Shown: positions 27,547-35,607, counted from the stretch's first letter. The stretch: DNA of 46,342 nt from Candidatus Woesearchaeota archaeon (GCA_964360755.1 CAYHYE010000002.1:1-46342), one strand, 5' to 3'. Translations and numbers: made by a program. Notes: generated by a model from the sequence alone, not told the origin.

Positions 27547-29038
27547 TTTTGTAAATAACAACTAGCGGTTTTTCTTCAGGGAAAGTTTTAACTAATTCTA
27601 GCCCATATTTTTGAGTATCAATATTATAGGCCCACCAGTCATTGTTTAATGGAGAATCGAATATAGAAATAACTACGTATTTTGGCCTAATTTCCGTAAA
27701 ATTAGATTTGAAGTCTTTTTCATCTATAGGAATGGAATAACTTTCCCTTTCAGAATAATAAGTATTTTGTGGATGGCTTCTTATCATAATTTTATCTTCT
27801 GATAGACTATTTTCCTTTATCCAAATCCCTGCATCTTTAAGTTGAGAGAAACTGTCTATTTTTGACTTAATTATCGAATCAGATGTTTTAATCATTTGAT
27901 AACTACCAAAAACTATTATCAAGAAAACAATTAACATTGCTAACTCCCCATTATATTTAATAAAAAATTTATAGATAGTTAATATTGAAACACTTATTAT
28001 GAAAAATATTGCGGGAAAAGTCATAAAGATATATCTGTCCTCGTAGTGGCTGACAAAAAATCCAAAATAAATTAGTGGAATAATTAACCAAATTAATGTA
28101 AAAAATTTCATTGCTAGTTTATTATTCTTTTTTTTCAAAATTAAATCAAATCCTAAAATAATATCCATAAATAAAAGAAAACCAAAAATAAAAACAATCA
28201 GCAAAACCCATTGAAAATAAAGCGGAAATGTCAATAAATATTGCTTTAGTTGCAATATTCCTAAAGAGATATTTGTTCCTGAAACAGCTCCACCGCCTGC
28301 AACTTTAACTGTATATAGTGGGTCCCCAAATTTAATTTTTGACCAATAAAAATATATCAAGCCTATAATCATTCCAAGTATTAAAGATATCCAATAATCC
28401 TTATTCTTCAAGGCTGATAATTTTTCTGTAAAAGCAACATAAATAACTAAAATAACAAAAAAGAAAAATACTGGAAATCTTATTAATGTGTTAACTGCAA
28501 GTAATGGAACAACAAGCCAGATTAATTTTTTCTTTTCTGTAAGAAAAAAATAAAATGCTAGTAGCCCTATAGTAAGTGTTAAAACATCATTCATAATTCT
28601 CATAGAGTAGAATAAATTAATATAAACAAAAGAATAAAGAAGTGCTGAAATTAATGCTACTTTTTCATCAAACATTTTTCTTCCAACAAGATAAATAAGA
28701 TAAATAGAGAAAACAGATACAATTATTAAAGAAAATCTAATTGCTGTCTCATCAAGTCCTAAAAAATAAAATCCAGATAAAATTATTGGAAATAAAATTG
28801 GTCTGCCATACCAAAAGCCAGTTTCTGGTGTTCCTAAAGCAATATTTTTAGCTTTTAACAAATATTCTGCTTCATCCCACCATACTGCTTGATCTTTTGT
28901 TAAAAAGAAATAATAAAGCCGTATAATAAAGGCAAATATTAAAATTAATATCAAGACTGTTTTATGCCAATCATAAAAAGTAATTTCTTCTTTTTTTATT
29001 CCTAATTTTTCTTGAGACAATTCTTCATTATTTTCCAT
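27536..29038 (-). CDS. GT-C fold membrane glycosyltransferase (ArnT/PMT-like)
   Basis: 500 aa. The WWDEAEY motif in the first external loop is the GT-C DE..Y type. There are more than 10 TMs and a small C-terminal soluble domain. Confidence 0.7.
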   Translation of the reverse strand: MENNEELSQEKLGIKKEEITFYDWHKTVLILILIFAFIIRLYYFFLTKDQAVWWDEAEYLLKAKNIALGTPETGFWYGRPILFPIILSGFYFLGLDETAIRFSLIIVSVFSIYLIYLVGRKMFDEKVALISALLYSFVYINLFYSMRIMNDVLTLTIGLLAFYFFLTEKKKLIWLVVPLLAVNTLIRFPVFFFFVILVIYVAFTEKLSALKNKDYWISLILGMIIGLIYFYWSKIKFGDPLYTVKVAGGGAVSGTNISLGILQLKQYLLTFPLYFQWVLLIVFIFGFLLFMDIILGFDLILKKKNNKLAMKFFTLIWLIIPLIYFGFFVSHYEDRYIFMTFPAIFFIISVSILTIYKFFIKYNGELAMLIVFLIIVFGSYQMIKTSDSIIKSKIDSFSQLKDAGIWIKENSLSEDKIMIRSHPQNTYYSERESYSIPIDEKDFKSNFTEIRPKYVVISIFDSPLNNDWWAYNIDTQKYGLELVKTFPEEKPLVVIYKTNF

Positions 29039-29074
29039 AATAATATAAATAAATTAAGTTTTTATTATTTGTTA

Positions 29075-30055
29075 TTATATAAATTTTAAAACTTCATCAA
29101 CTGAAATGCTTTTTGTTAAAGCTTCGTCATATTGATCCATTTTAGCAGGGAAAAAGTCAAAAAGCATTGGTGATGTTATTTTTTTAAGCATACTATATCC
29201 CTCTATTTCATAAGAAGAAGTGCAAAAAAATAAACCAATAACTATTTTATTTAATCCTAGGGCTACATGAAGGGCTAAAGTATCTGCACAAATTATTATA
29301 TTACATATATTAATTAAGGCAAAAAAATCTTTTAAAGAATTTGAAGTATTTTTTGAATATATTTTAATGTTATTATTTAAAAGGTCTTTTTCTATTTCAT
29401 TCATTTTTTCTTTTTCATCCAATCCACCAAGCAAAATTATTTCATAACCTCTTTCTTTAACTTTCATAATAAATTCTATGATATTATATTTATGCCAGGC
29501 TTTTGATGGCCATTTTTTGGATGAACCGATGTTAAGTCCTAAAATTTTTTTATTTTTTAAATTATTTTCAATTAAAAAATTATTTATTATATGTTTAGAA
29601 TTTTCTGGAATAAATAGGCTCATTTTCTGTTTTTTCCATGGTAATTTACATATTTCAAAAATCATTTCTTGATATGTTTTTCTGTTAGATTTTTTTAAAT
29701 CATCATCGAAAACAGTGTTCAAATAATAATTTGCCTCTTCATTAAAAGCAGATGGAAATCCACCATTATCATAATAACCAAATTTTTCTTTAGCATTTAT
29801 TTTTAAAGCTAATTTAGTCGCTTCTTCTTCAATATCTAAACTATAAAGAATATCAAATTCCCCTAAATTATCAAGATCTAAAGGTAATGTCAGTATTTTA
29901 TTTATATAATGATTTCCTTCCAAAATCTCATAAGATGATTTTATAGTTATCCAAATTATTTTAGAATCTGGATATTTTTCTTTAACAGCTAATAAGATTG
30001 GTGTGGTTCTAACTACATCGCCTAAAGCCCCTAATTTAATTATACAGATTTTCAT
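29075..30055 (-). CDS. glycosyltransferase family 9 (heptosyltransferase family)
   Basis: N-terminal KICIIKLGALGDVVRTTPIL, central NIGSSKKWPSKAW and C-terminal CADTLALHVALGL. These are the three hallmark GT9 (RfaC/RfaF-like) blocks. Confidence 0.8.
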   Translation of the reverse strand: MKICIIKLGALGDVVRTTPILLAVKEKYPDSKIIWITIKSSYEILEGNHYINKILTLPLDLDNLGEFDILYSLDIEEEATKLALKINAKEKFGYYDNGGFPSAFNEEANYYLNTVFDDDLKKSNRKTYQEMIFEICKLPWKKQKMSLFIPENSKHIINNFLIENNLKNKKILGLNIGSSKKWPSKAWHKYNIIEFIMKVKERGYEIILLGGLDEKEKMNEIEKDLLNNNIKIYSKNTSNSLKDFFALINICNIIICADTLALHVALGLNKIVIGLFFCTSSYEIEGYSMLKKITSPMLFDFFPAKMDQYDEALTKSISVDEVLKFI

Positions 30056-30058
30056 GAT

Positions 30059-30072
30059 AAGGTTTAAAACTA
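30059..30072 (+). promoter_or_regulatory. putative TATA promoter for the 30092 gene pair
   Basis: AAGGTTTAAAACTA is centred about 26 nt upstream of ATG 30092. Confidence 0.35.
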
Positions 30073-30076
30073 TAAG

Positions 30077-30091
30077 CTTTATTTAAAGATT
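30077..30091 (-). promoter_or_regulatory. putative TATA promoter for the GT9 gene
   Basis: The minus strand reads AATCTTTAAATAAAGC, centred about 29 nt upstream of the ATG at 30055. It shares the 36-bp divergent spacer with the 30059-30072 element. Confidence 0.35.
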
Positions 30092-30514
30092 ATGAAAGCA
30101 TATATAGCTGGAAAAATAGGAACTGAAATTGAAAAAGAAGAACTTGAAAAAATTGATAAAATATCTAAAGAATTAGGATTTGGAACATTTCTTCCACATA
30201 GAGATGTAGGAGTTGCAAAAAATATGGATGACGTAACAAGAATATTTGAAGGTGATATAATTAAAGGTTTTAAAGATATTAAATTAGTTATAGCTAATTT
30301 AAACGGTTTGCATGTTGGAGCAGGAACAGCTTGGGAGTTAGGATATGCTTATGCAAATAAGATTCCAGTAATTGGATTAAAAACAGATGAGTCTATCGGA
30401 GAAGCGTTTGACCAATTAAGCGCTATTTTAATTGGTAGTATGAAAATTGTAACAAGTTTTGACGAATTAAAAAAGGAACTTATAAAGTTTAAAAACAAAT
30501 GGAAAATAAATTAA
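30092..30514 (+). CDS. nucleoside 2-deoxyribosyltransferase-family (NDT/Rcl-like) protein
   Basis: KAYIAGKI start and GAGTAWELGYAYANKIPVIGL block (conserved Glu in G-T-x-x-E-x-G-Y). 140 aa with a Rossmann-like pattern. Confidence 0.65.
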   Translation: MKAYIAGKIGTEIEKEELEKIDKISKELGFGTFLPHRDVGVAKNMDDVTRIFEGDIIKGFKDIKLVIANLNGLHVGAGTAWELGYAYANKIPVIGLKTDESIGEAFDQLSAILIGSMKIVTSFDELKKELIKFKNKWKIN

Positions 30515-30984
30515 AGCAGATAGGTGATTTAGAAAAAATTGTTGATACCTTAAGACAAGATAAGAAATTAATCGTAACAACAAATGGAACTTTTGATATA
30601 CTTCATTATGCACATGTTATCTTACTTCAAAAAGCAAAAAATCAAGGAGATGTTTTGATTGTTTTATTAAATAGTGATGCCTCTGTTAAAAAAAATAAAG
30701 GTGAAAAAAGACCAATAATCAACCAATATGAAAGAGCTATGATGCTTTCATCATTACAATGTATAGATTATGTAACAATTTTTAATGAAGACACTCCATT
30801 AAAATACTTGGAAATTATAAAACCTGAGTTTCATGTTAAGGGCGGGAGTTTTATTAAAGAAAGAATAAATCAAGAAAAAAATCTAGTTGAAAGAAATAAA
30901 GGAGTTTATATTGTTTTTGAACTAGAAGAAGGGTTTTCAACAACTGGTATAATTGATAAGATTATGGCTTCTTATAATAGTTAA
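30499..30984 (+). CDS. heptose-1-phosphate nucleotidyltransferase, HldE/RfaE domain-II-like (cytidylyltransferase fold)
   Basis: NGTFDILHYAHV...LNSDASVKKNKGEKRPI...NEDTP...HVKGG...GFSTTGIIDKI runs colinear with the C-terminal adenylyltransferase domain of E. coli HldE, compared from memory. 16-nt overlap with the upstream NDT-like gene. Confidence 0.7.
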   Translation: MENKLKQIGDLEKIVDTLRQDKKLIVTTNGTFDILHYAHVILLQKAKNQGDVLIVLLNSDASVKKNKGEKRPIINQYERAMMLSSLQCIDYVTIFNEDTPLKYLEIIKPEFHVKGGSFIKERINQEKNLVERNKGVYIVFELEEGFSTTGIIDKIMASYNS

Positions 30985-30989
30985 GTAAT

Positions 30990-31895
30990 TTAATCCAAAG
31001 GTTTAGTAGAATTTATTTCAGTTTCTCTCCAACCATCAGAATAACTTTTTTTAGACTTTAACTCTTTAAATGCTTTATAATAAATATATAGCCTAGCAAA
31101 ATACATTTCAATTGTCCAGATAAACTCTTTAAAACTTTTGGGCTGTGAAAGTGCAAAAATAGCTCCATATTTAATTTCATTCCAGAAAGATTTTGTTCTT
31201 GGAATATCTGGAGCTATTTTATTAAGATTTTCATGTGATTTTATGTTTCTTACTTTCTGATTTATATAATCTTTCCAGTTATCCGGGTTCTTCACATAAA
31301 CTTCTGCTTTATCACAATAAAATATTTTATAGCCTTTTTCCCAAAATAAATAAGGAATTATACTATCTTCTGAGGTATCTAATGGAAATTCTTTTATAAC
31401 TCCGTTTCTTATAGCAAATAAATATCCAGAACATTCAAAGAATTTTTTTTCATCTGAAAGTTTTTTTCTTACTTTATCTATTCCTGCAAATAATACTGAA
31501 AACCAATATCCATATTTTGTATCTTTTTTGTCTATTGAAACAGGTTTTCCAGTTATGCATCCTATTTCTTTATTTTCAAAAGCTTTTATTATTTCATTTA
31601 AACAATTATCTGAAACATATACATCGCCGTCGGTAAAAATAAGCAAATCATTTTTATTATCATTGTATAATCTTTCCAATAATAAATTAAGAGCATAACT
31701 CTTACCTTCGCCTGGATCAAGGAAAAAATCAACTCTTTTATCTTTAATTTGTTTTTTTAAATATTTTTCAACTTCTGGAAAAGGATCAACGACAATTATT
31801 TTAAACTTTTGTTTCATTTTTTGATTTAAAAATACTTTAATAGCCCTTTCAGTTGCTTTTGGTTCATTATAAGAAGTTATAATAATTGTAATCAT
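30990..31895 (-). CDS. GT2 glycosyltransferase
   Basis: ITIIITSYNEP start, FTDGDVYV (DxD) motif, 301 aa. Confidence 0.75.
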   Translation of the reverse strand: MITIIITSYNEPKATERAIKVFLNQKMKQKFKIIVVDPFPEVEKYLKKQIKDKRVDFFLDPGEGKSYALNLLLERLYNDNKNDLLIFTDGDVYVSDNCLNEIIKAFENKEIGCITGKPVSIDKKDTKYGYWFSVLFAGIDKVRKKLSDEKKFFECSGYLFAIRNGVIKEFPLDTSEDSIIPYLFWEKGYKIFYCDKAEVYVKNPDNWKDYINQKVRNIKSHENLNKIAPDIPRTKSFWNEIKYGAIFALSQPKSFKEFIWTIEMYFARLYIYYKAFKELKSKKSYSDGWRETEINSTKPLD

Positions 31896-32002
31896 TTTAA
31901 CAAACCTCCAGCGGGTTTCTTAGAGTTCCAGCAACCTTTCATTTTAACAAACCTCCAGCGGGTTTCTTAGAGTTCCAGCAACCTTTCATTTTAACAAACC
32001 TC
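31892..32002. repeat. perfect 47-bp direct tandem repeat (2 full copies plus a 13-nt third start and a 4-nt lead-in)
   Basis: Unit TTTAACAAACCTCCAGCGGGTTTCTTAGAGTTCCAGCAACCTTTCAT occurs at 31896-31942 and 31943-31989 with 100% identity. 31990-32002 repeats the first 13 nt. On the minus strand each unit carries GGAGGT-N8-ATG. Confidence 0.95.
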
Positions 32003-32182
32003 AAAGGGATATTCTGATGGCCTTATTATAGCTATTTTTTCTTTCTCAGAAGAAATTTCTAGGCGACATTTTTTAGATCCTTGTTTTCCAATATCAGAAA
32101 TTTCAATATTTTCCACTTTCCAAATTTTTCCTGAGATTTTTATTTTATCGTCTTTTACAAGATCTTTAGCTTTCTTTTTCAT
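31991..32182 (-). CDS. small protein resembling the N-terminal SH3/KOW-like domain of aIF5A
   Basis: 63 aa from ATG 32182; the track's 32197 start is TTG. ...KISGKIWKVENIEISDIGKQGSKKCRLEIS...PFEVC aligns by eye with the aIF5A segment ...IDG.PC.IVDISVSKPGKHGGAKARV...KVEVP. The C-terminal OB domain is absent. Confidence 0.4.
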   Translation of the reverse strand: MKKKAKDLVKDDKIKISGKIWKVENIEISDIGKQGSKKCRLEISSEKEKIAIIRPSEYPFEVC

Positions 32183-32191
32183 AGCAGATAG

Positions 32192-32219
32192 GAACAAATT
32201 AAACTTATAAAGTTTGTTC
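32192..32219. promoter_or_regulatory. 28-bp near-perfect palindrome containing a shared TATA box for two divergent genes
   Basis: The sequence is GAACAAATTAAACTTATAAAGTTTGTTC. The 7-bp arms GAACAAA/TTTGTTC are extendable by G:U and A:T pairs. Its centre (about 32205-32206) is 23-24 nt from ATG 32182 (-) and 27-28 nt from ATG 32233 (+). Confidence 0.5.
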
Positions 32220-32232
32220 TATTTTAGTTTAA

Positions 32233-32946
32233 ATGAAAAATAAGAAAAAAGCTATAATTTTATGCTCTGGTGGATTAGATAGTGTTGTGACTGCCCACTA
32301 TGTTAAAAATAGACTGAAATATAAAAAATTAATTATCTTATTTTTTAATTATGGACAAAGAACTGTGAAACAGGAAAGGTATTTTTCTAAAAAATGTGCT
32401 AAAAATTTAAATGCTGAGTTTGAAGAAGCAATTTTACCAGAATTAAAAAAATTATCAACTTCATTGTTAAATTCTAATGTAAAAGCAAAAACAATTAAGA
32501 GAAATCAATTAAAAAATACGTCAAAAGAATCATTAAAATGGTATGTTCCTTGCAGAAATTTAATTTTTCTAAGTTATGCTTTGGCTCTTGCAGAATCGTT
32601 ATATATAAAAAATAAAGAAAAATATGGTATTTTTATTGGTTTTAAAAATGAGGGCAAAGAATTTTATCCAGATGCAACATCTAAATTTATAGAACAAATC
32701 AATAACCTTCAAAAAACAGTGACTAACAAAGGCATAAAAATTATTGCTCCTTTAATTAATAAAGATAAAGAAGAGATTATCAAAATAGGTAAAAAATTAG
32801 ATATTAATTTTAATGAGACATATAGTTGTTATTCAGGAGCTAAAACTAATAATATTCATTGTGGCTATTGTTTGTCATGTAGATTAAGAAAAGAAGGATT
32901 TTACTGGTCTGGGATAAAAGACCCAACAATTTATGCAAAAAAATAA
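32233..32946 (+). CDS. queC: 7-cyano-7-deazaguanine (preQ0) synthase QueC
   Basis: AIILCSGGLDSVV PP-loop, NYGQR, WYVPCRNLIFLSYA, and the C-terminal Zn cluster SCYSG...HCGYCLSCRLR. Confidence 0.85.
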   Translation: MKNKKKAIILCSGGLDSVVTAHYVKNRLKYKKLIILFFNYGQRTVKQERYFSKKCAKNLNAEFEEAILPELKKLSTSLLNSNVKAKTIKRNQLKNTSKESLKWYVPCRNLIFLSYALALAESLYIKNKEKYGIFIGFKNEGKEFYPDATSKFIEQINNLQKTVTNKGIKIIAPLINKDKEEIIKIGKKLDINFNETYSCYSGAKTNNIHCGYCLSCRLRKEGFYWSGIKDPTIYAKK

Positions 32947-32953
32947 CTTCGTA

Positions 32954-34084
32954 TTATTTTAAGATTAATTTATTTAAATCATTTATTAAATCATTCCATA
33001 AAAATCTTTTTGAGCTTTTTTTTGCCATTATTTTAATTTTATTTAATTCAATCTTATTTTTTTCACTTAAGACATAGTTAATTTTCTCTGCTAGCTCATT
33101 TTGATTATTATTTTTAAACAAATAACCGTTTTTTTCATTTTCTATTAAATCCATATTTCCAGTATTATTACTTGCAATAACAATTTTTTTCCTTGCCATT
33201 GCTTCAATTAGTGACTGTGGCATTCCCTCGCTTTTACTCGGTAAAACGAATATCTTACATGAATCTATTTTTTTTATTTTTTCTTTAAGATCATATATAG
33301 GATTAGAAAAAATTACCATATTGTTTAATTTAAGGTCGTCTATCAATTTTTTTAAATAATTTAAATAACTTTCTTCACCAGGCCCTAAAATTTCAAGCAT
33401 TATTTTTTTATCTTCTATCTTTTCAAATGCATTAATTATAACTTCTAAATTTTTTATTGGTGAAATTCTGCCTAAAAATAATATTTTGTTTTCTTCTTTT
33501 GATTTTTTTTGAGTAAAAAATTCATCTTGCAAACCATTAGGAATATAAACAATATTTTCTTTATTTACCATTAATTTTTCCAAATATGGAATTTCCCATT
33601 TAGTTATAGCAATAATTTTGTCAAATTTATTTAATATTATTTTACCAATGAAATTATCATATATCCAAACAATGAAATTTTGTATTAATCCCCTATTTCT
33701 TTCGAAGGGAGCATGGGTTACAAGAAAGACTTTTACATTTTTCTTTGTTTCTTTTAATTTTTTAGCTAATTTTAAAGCTTTTGTTGTGTGTAAGTGCCTA
33801 TATGAATGTGCAATAATTAAATCTGGTTGAAATTTTAAAGCTTCATTTTCAAAATTCCATGACATAAAGCTTTCTCCACCAAGTTTTTTAAATGGGAATC
33901 GTTTTATTTCTACAATACCTATTTTTTCTTCATTATTAGCTATTTCATTGCTATTTTTAACTGCATTAGAAGAAAAAATCTTAACTTCATGTCCTTTTTT
34001 AGCTAGTAATAAAGATTCTTGTTTAACTCTCTGCCAAACTCCGCAAATACCTGCTGAAAAATTTGTAAGTTCTAAGATTTTCAT
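32954..34084 (-). CDS. GT4 (GT-B) glycosyltransferase
   Basis: The SEGMPQSLIEAMARKKIVIASN block is the GT4 E-x7-E signature. 376 aa. Confidence 0.8.
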   Translation of the reverse strand: MKILELTNFSAGICGVWQRVKQESLLLAKKGHEVKIFSSNAVKNSNEIANNEEKIGIVEIKRFPFKKLGGESFMSWNFENEALKFQPDLIIAHSYRHLHTTKALKLAKKLKETKKNVKVFLVTHAPFERNRGLIQNFIVWIYDNFIGKIILNKFDKIIAITKWEIPYLEKLMVNKENIVYIPNGLQDEFFTQKKSKEENKILFLGRISPIKNLEVIINAFEKIEDKKIMLEILGPGEESYLNYLKKLIDDLKLNNMVIFSNPIYDLKEKIKKIDSCKIFVLPSKSEGMPQSLIEAMARKKIVIASNNTGNMDLIENEKNGYLFKNNNQNELAEKINYVLSEKNKIELNKIKIMAKKSSKRFLWNDLINDLNKLILK

Positions 34085-34818
34085 TTTTTTAAGCTTAAAA
34101 TATAATCGAGTTTTTTTATGAAATTTTTATGTGGAAATAATTTATCTATTTTGCTATTTGGCATCCTTATAAAATCCCATGAATGCGCATAAAATATAGG
34201 TTGTTTGTAAAAGATTTTTATTAAATTAACATAGATTCTTAATAAAAACTTTGGTAAAATCCTTACAGTTAATGATACAAAAGGAATTAGCAGCGAAGAT
34301 GTAGGAACTTCTTTTAAATTTTGTCTTATCTTATAAGTGTTTAATGGAGAGAAAAAACTTGTAAGATTTAACCTTATTTTTTTTGGAAAGAAAAAAAATT
34401 GTAATAAGTTTAAAGGAGTATAGCTAGAATCATATTTGAAGTTATATTTTTGCAATAAATTTAAAGTATTGTCATTAATTGAATGCTGGGGCGCTCTAAA
34501 TCCTATTGGTTTAAAACCCAAACAATTATCAAAAGTATAAATTGCCTTTTTTAGCTGATCTTCTATTTCACCAATTGTTAGCTCATCATACCTTACATGA
34601 TTATATCCATGCAATGCTATTTCATGACCGTTATTTTTTAAATTTATAAATATGTTAGGATGTTTCTCAATGCAATCACAAGTTGTAAAAAATATGCCTT
34701 TCTTTTCATGCTTTTTTAAAATATCTACGATTTTTTTTATACCAATTACAACACCTTTATACTTATTTGTATGTAAATCAGGTTCAATATCAAAAGTCAT
34801 TAAAAATGCCATAACCAA
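34081..34818 (-). CDS. polysaccharide deacetylase (CE4/NodB-like)
   Basis: TFDIEPD, the HGYNH metal-binding motif and FRAPQHS. ATGA-type 4-nt overlap with the downstream GT4. Confidence 0.65.
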   Translation of the reverse strand: MVMAFLMTFDIEPDLHTNKYKGVVIGIKKIVDILKKHEKKGIFFTTCDCIEKHPNIFINLKNNGHEIALHGYNHVRYDELTIGEIEDQLKKAIYTFDNCLGFKPIGFRAPQHSINDNTLNLLQKYNFKYDSSYTPLNLLQFFFFPKKIRLNLTSFFSPLNTYKIRQNLKEVPTSSLLIPFVSLTVRILPKFLLRIYVNLIKIFYKQPIFYAHSWDFIRMPNSKIDKLFPHKNFIKKLDYILSLKK

Positions 34819-34867
34819 TAATAGATAAATCAGTTAAAAGGTTATCTATATTATAATTAAAATAAGT

Positions 34868-34880
34868 AATCTTTAAAAAT
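34868..34880 (+). promoter_or_regulatory. putative TATA promoter of the methyltransferase gene
   Basis: AATCTTTAAAAAT is centred about 26 nt upstream of ATG 34901. Confidence 0.4.
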
Positions 34881-34900
34881 AAACTAAACATATAAAGGAA

Positions 34901-35542
34901 ATGGAAAGTGAAGATGCAAATAAATTCAGCAATTACTATAAGCAAAGAATAGTTACTAGCACTTATGACAAGCAGAGAGAGGGCACAAAATATAGAAGAG
35001 AAAAAAGAAAAAGAGAGCTGAAGTATTTCTTAGAGCTGATTGATAAGAATCTTAAAGATAAAGTTCTTGAGTTAGGATGTAGCAGCGGTTTTCTAACAAA
35101 ACACTTAGGCAAGGTAACTGCAATAGATACTGCAAAAAGTATGTTAGAAATTGCAAGACAAAAAAATCCTATTGGAAAGTACGTATGTGCTAGCATGTTT
35201 AATTTGCCTTTTAAAAATAATTCATTTGATAAAGTTATAACAATGAGGGTCTGGGTTCATTTAAATGAAAGAGATTTAAGAAAAGCCATAAGAGAGGCAA
35301 GAAGAGTTTTGAAAAATAAAGGGAAGCTAATTTTTGACGTTGAAGATGACTCTAGATTAAGAAGAATTGTCTCTGTTATTTATAAGATAATTTTTAGACC
35401 TACAGGATATAAAGTTTATCAGTATTCTTTGAAAAGAATAGGAAAGATTTTACAAGAAGAGGGCTTTAAAATAGAAAAAGTAAGGTTTTTGTACCATAGA
35501 GTAGGAAGACAGATAATTTTAAGGGCTAAAAATAACAAATAA
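34901..35542 (+). CDS. class I SAM-dependent methyltransferase
   Basis: VLELGCSSGFLT (motif I), FDKVITMRV and GKLIFDV blocks. Confidence 0.75.
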   Translation: MESEDANKFSNYYKQRIVTSTYDKQREGTKYRREKRKRELKYFLELIDKNLKDKVLELGCSSGFLTKHLGKVTAIDTAKSMLEIARQKNPIGKYVCASMFNLPFKNNSFDKVITMRVWVHLNERDLRKAIREARRVLKNKGKLIFDVEDDSRLRRIVSVIYKIIFRPTGYKVYQYSLKRIGKILQEEGFKIEKVRFLYHRVGRQIILRAKNNK

Positions 35543-35607
35543 ATGTTTATATTTTATACACTTCTTTAAGATATAAATGCTTATAAAAGTATAAAAAGAG
35601 TATTTTT

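Noticed and set aside
31892-32002. Whether the 47-bp repeat could be a CRISPR array or an att/terminal repeat of a mobile element.
   Set aside because: The copies are directly abutting with no spacers, and there are only about 2.3 units. No cas, integrase or transposase genes are nearby. The unit boundaries coincide exactly with start/stop codon overlaps, which fits a junction duplication or leader peptide better.
34819-34900. Short inverted repeats (ATAACC/GGTTAT, TAGATAA/TTATCTA) in the divergent spacer between the deacetylase and methyltransferase genes.
   Set aside because: The repeat pairs interleave rather than nest. They are 6-7 bp of AT-rich sequence and are not repeated at other promoters, so they are likely chance matches.
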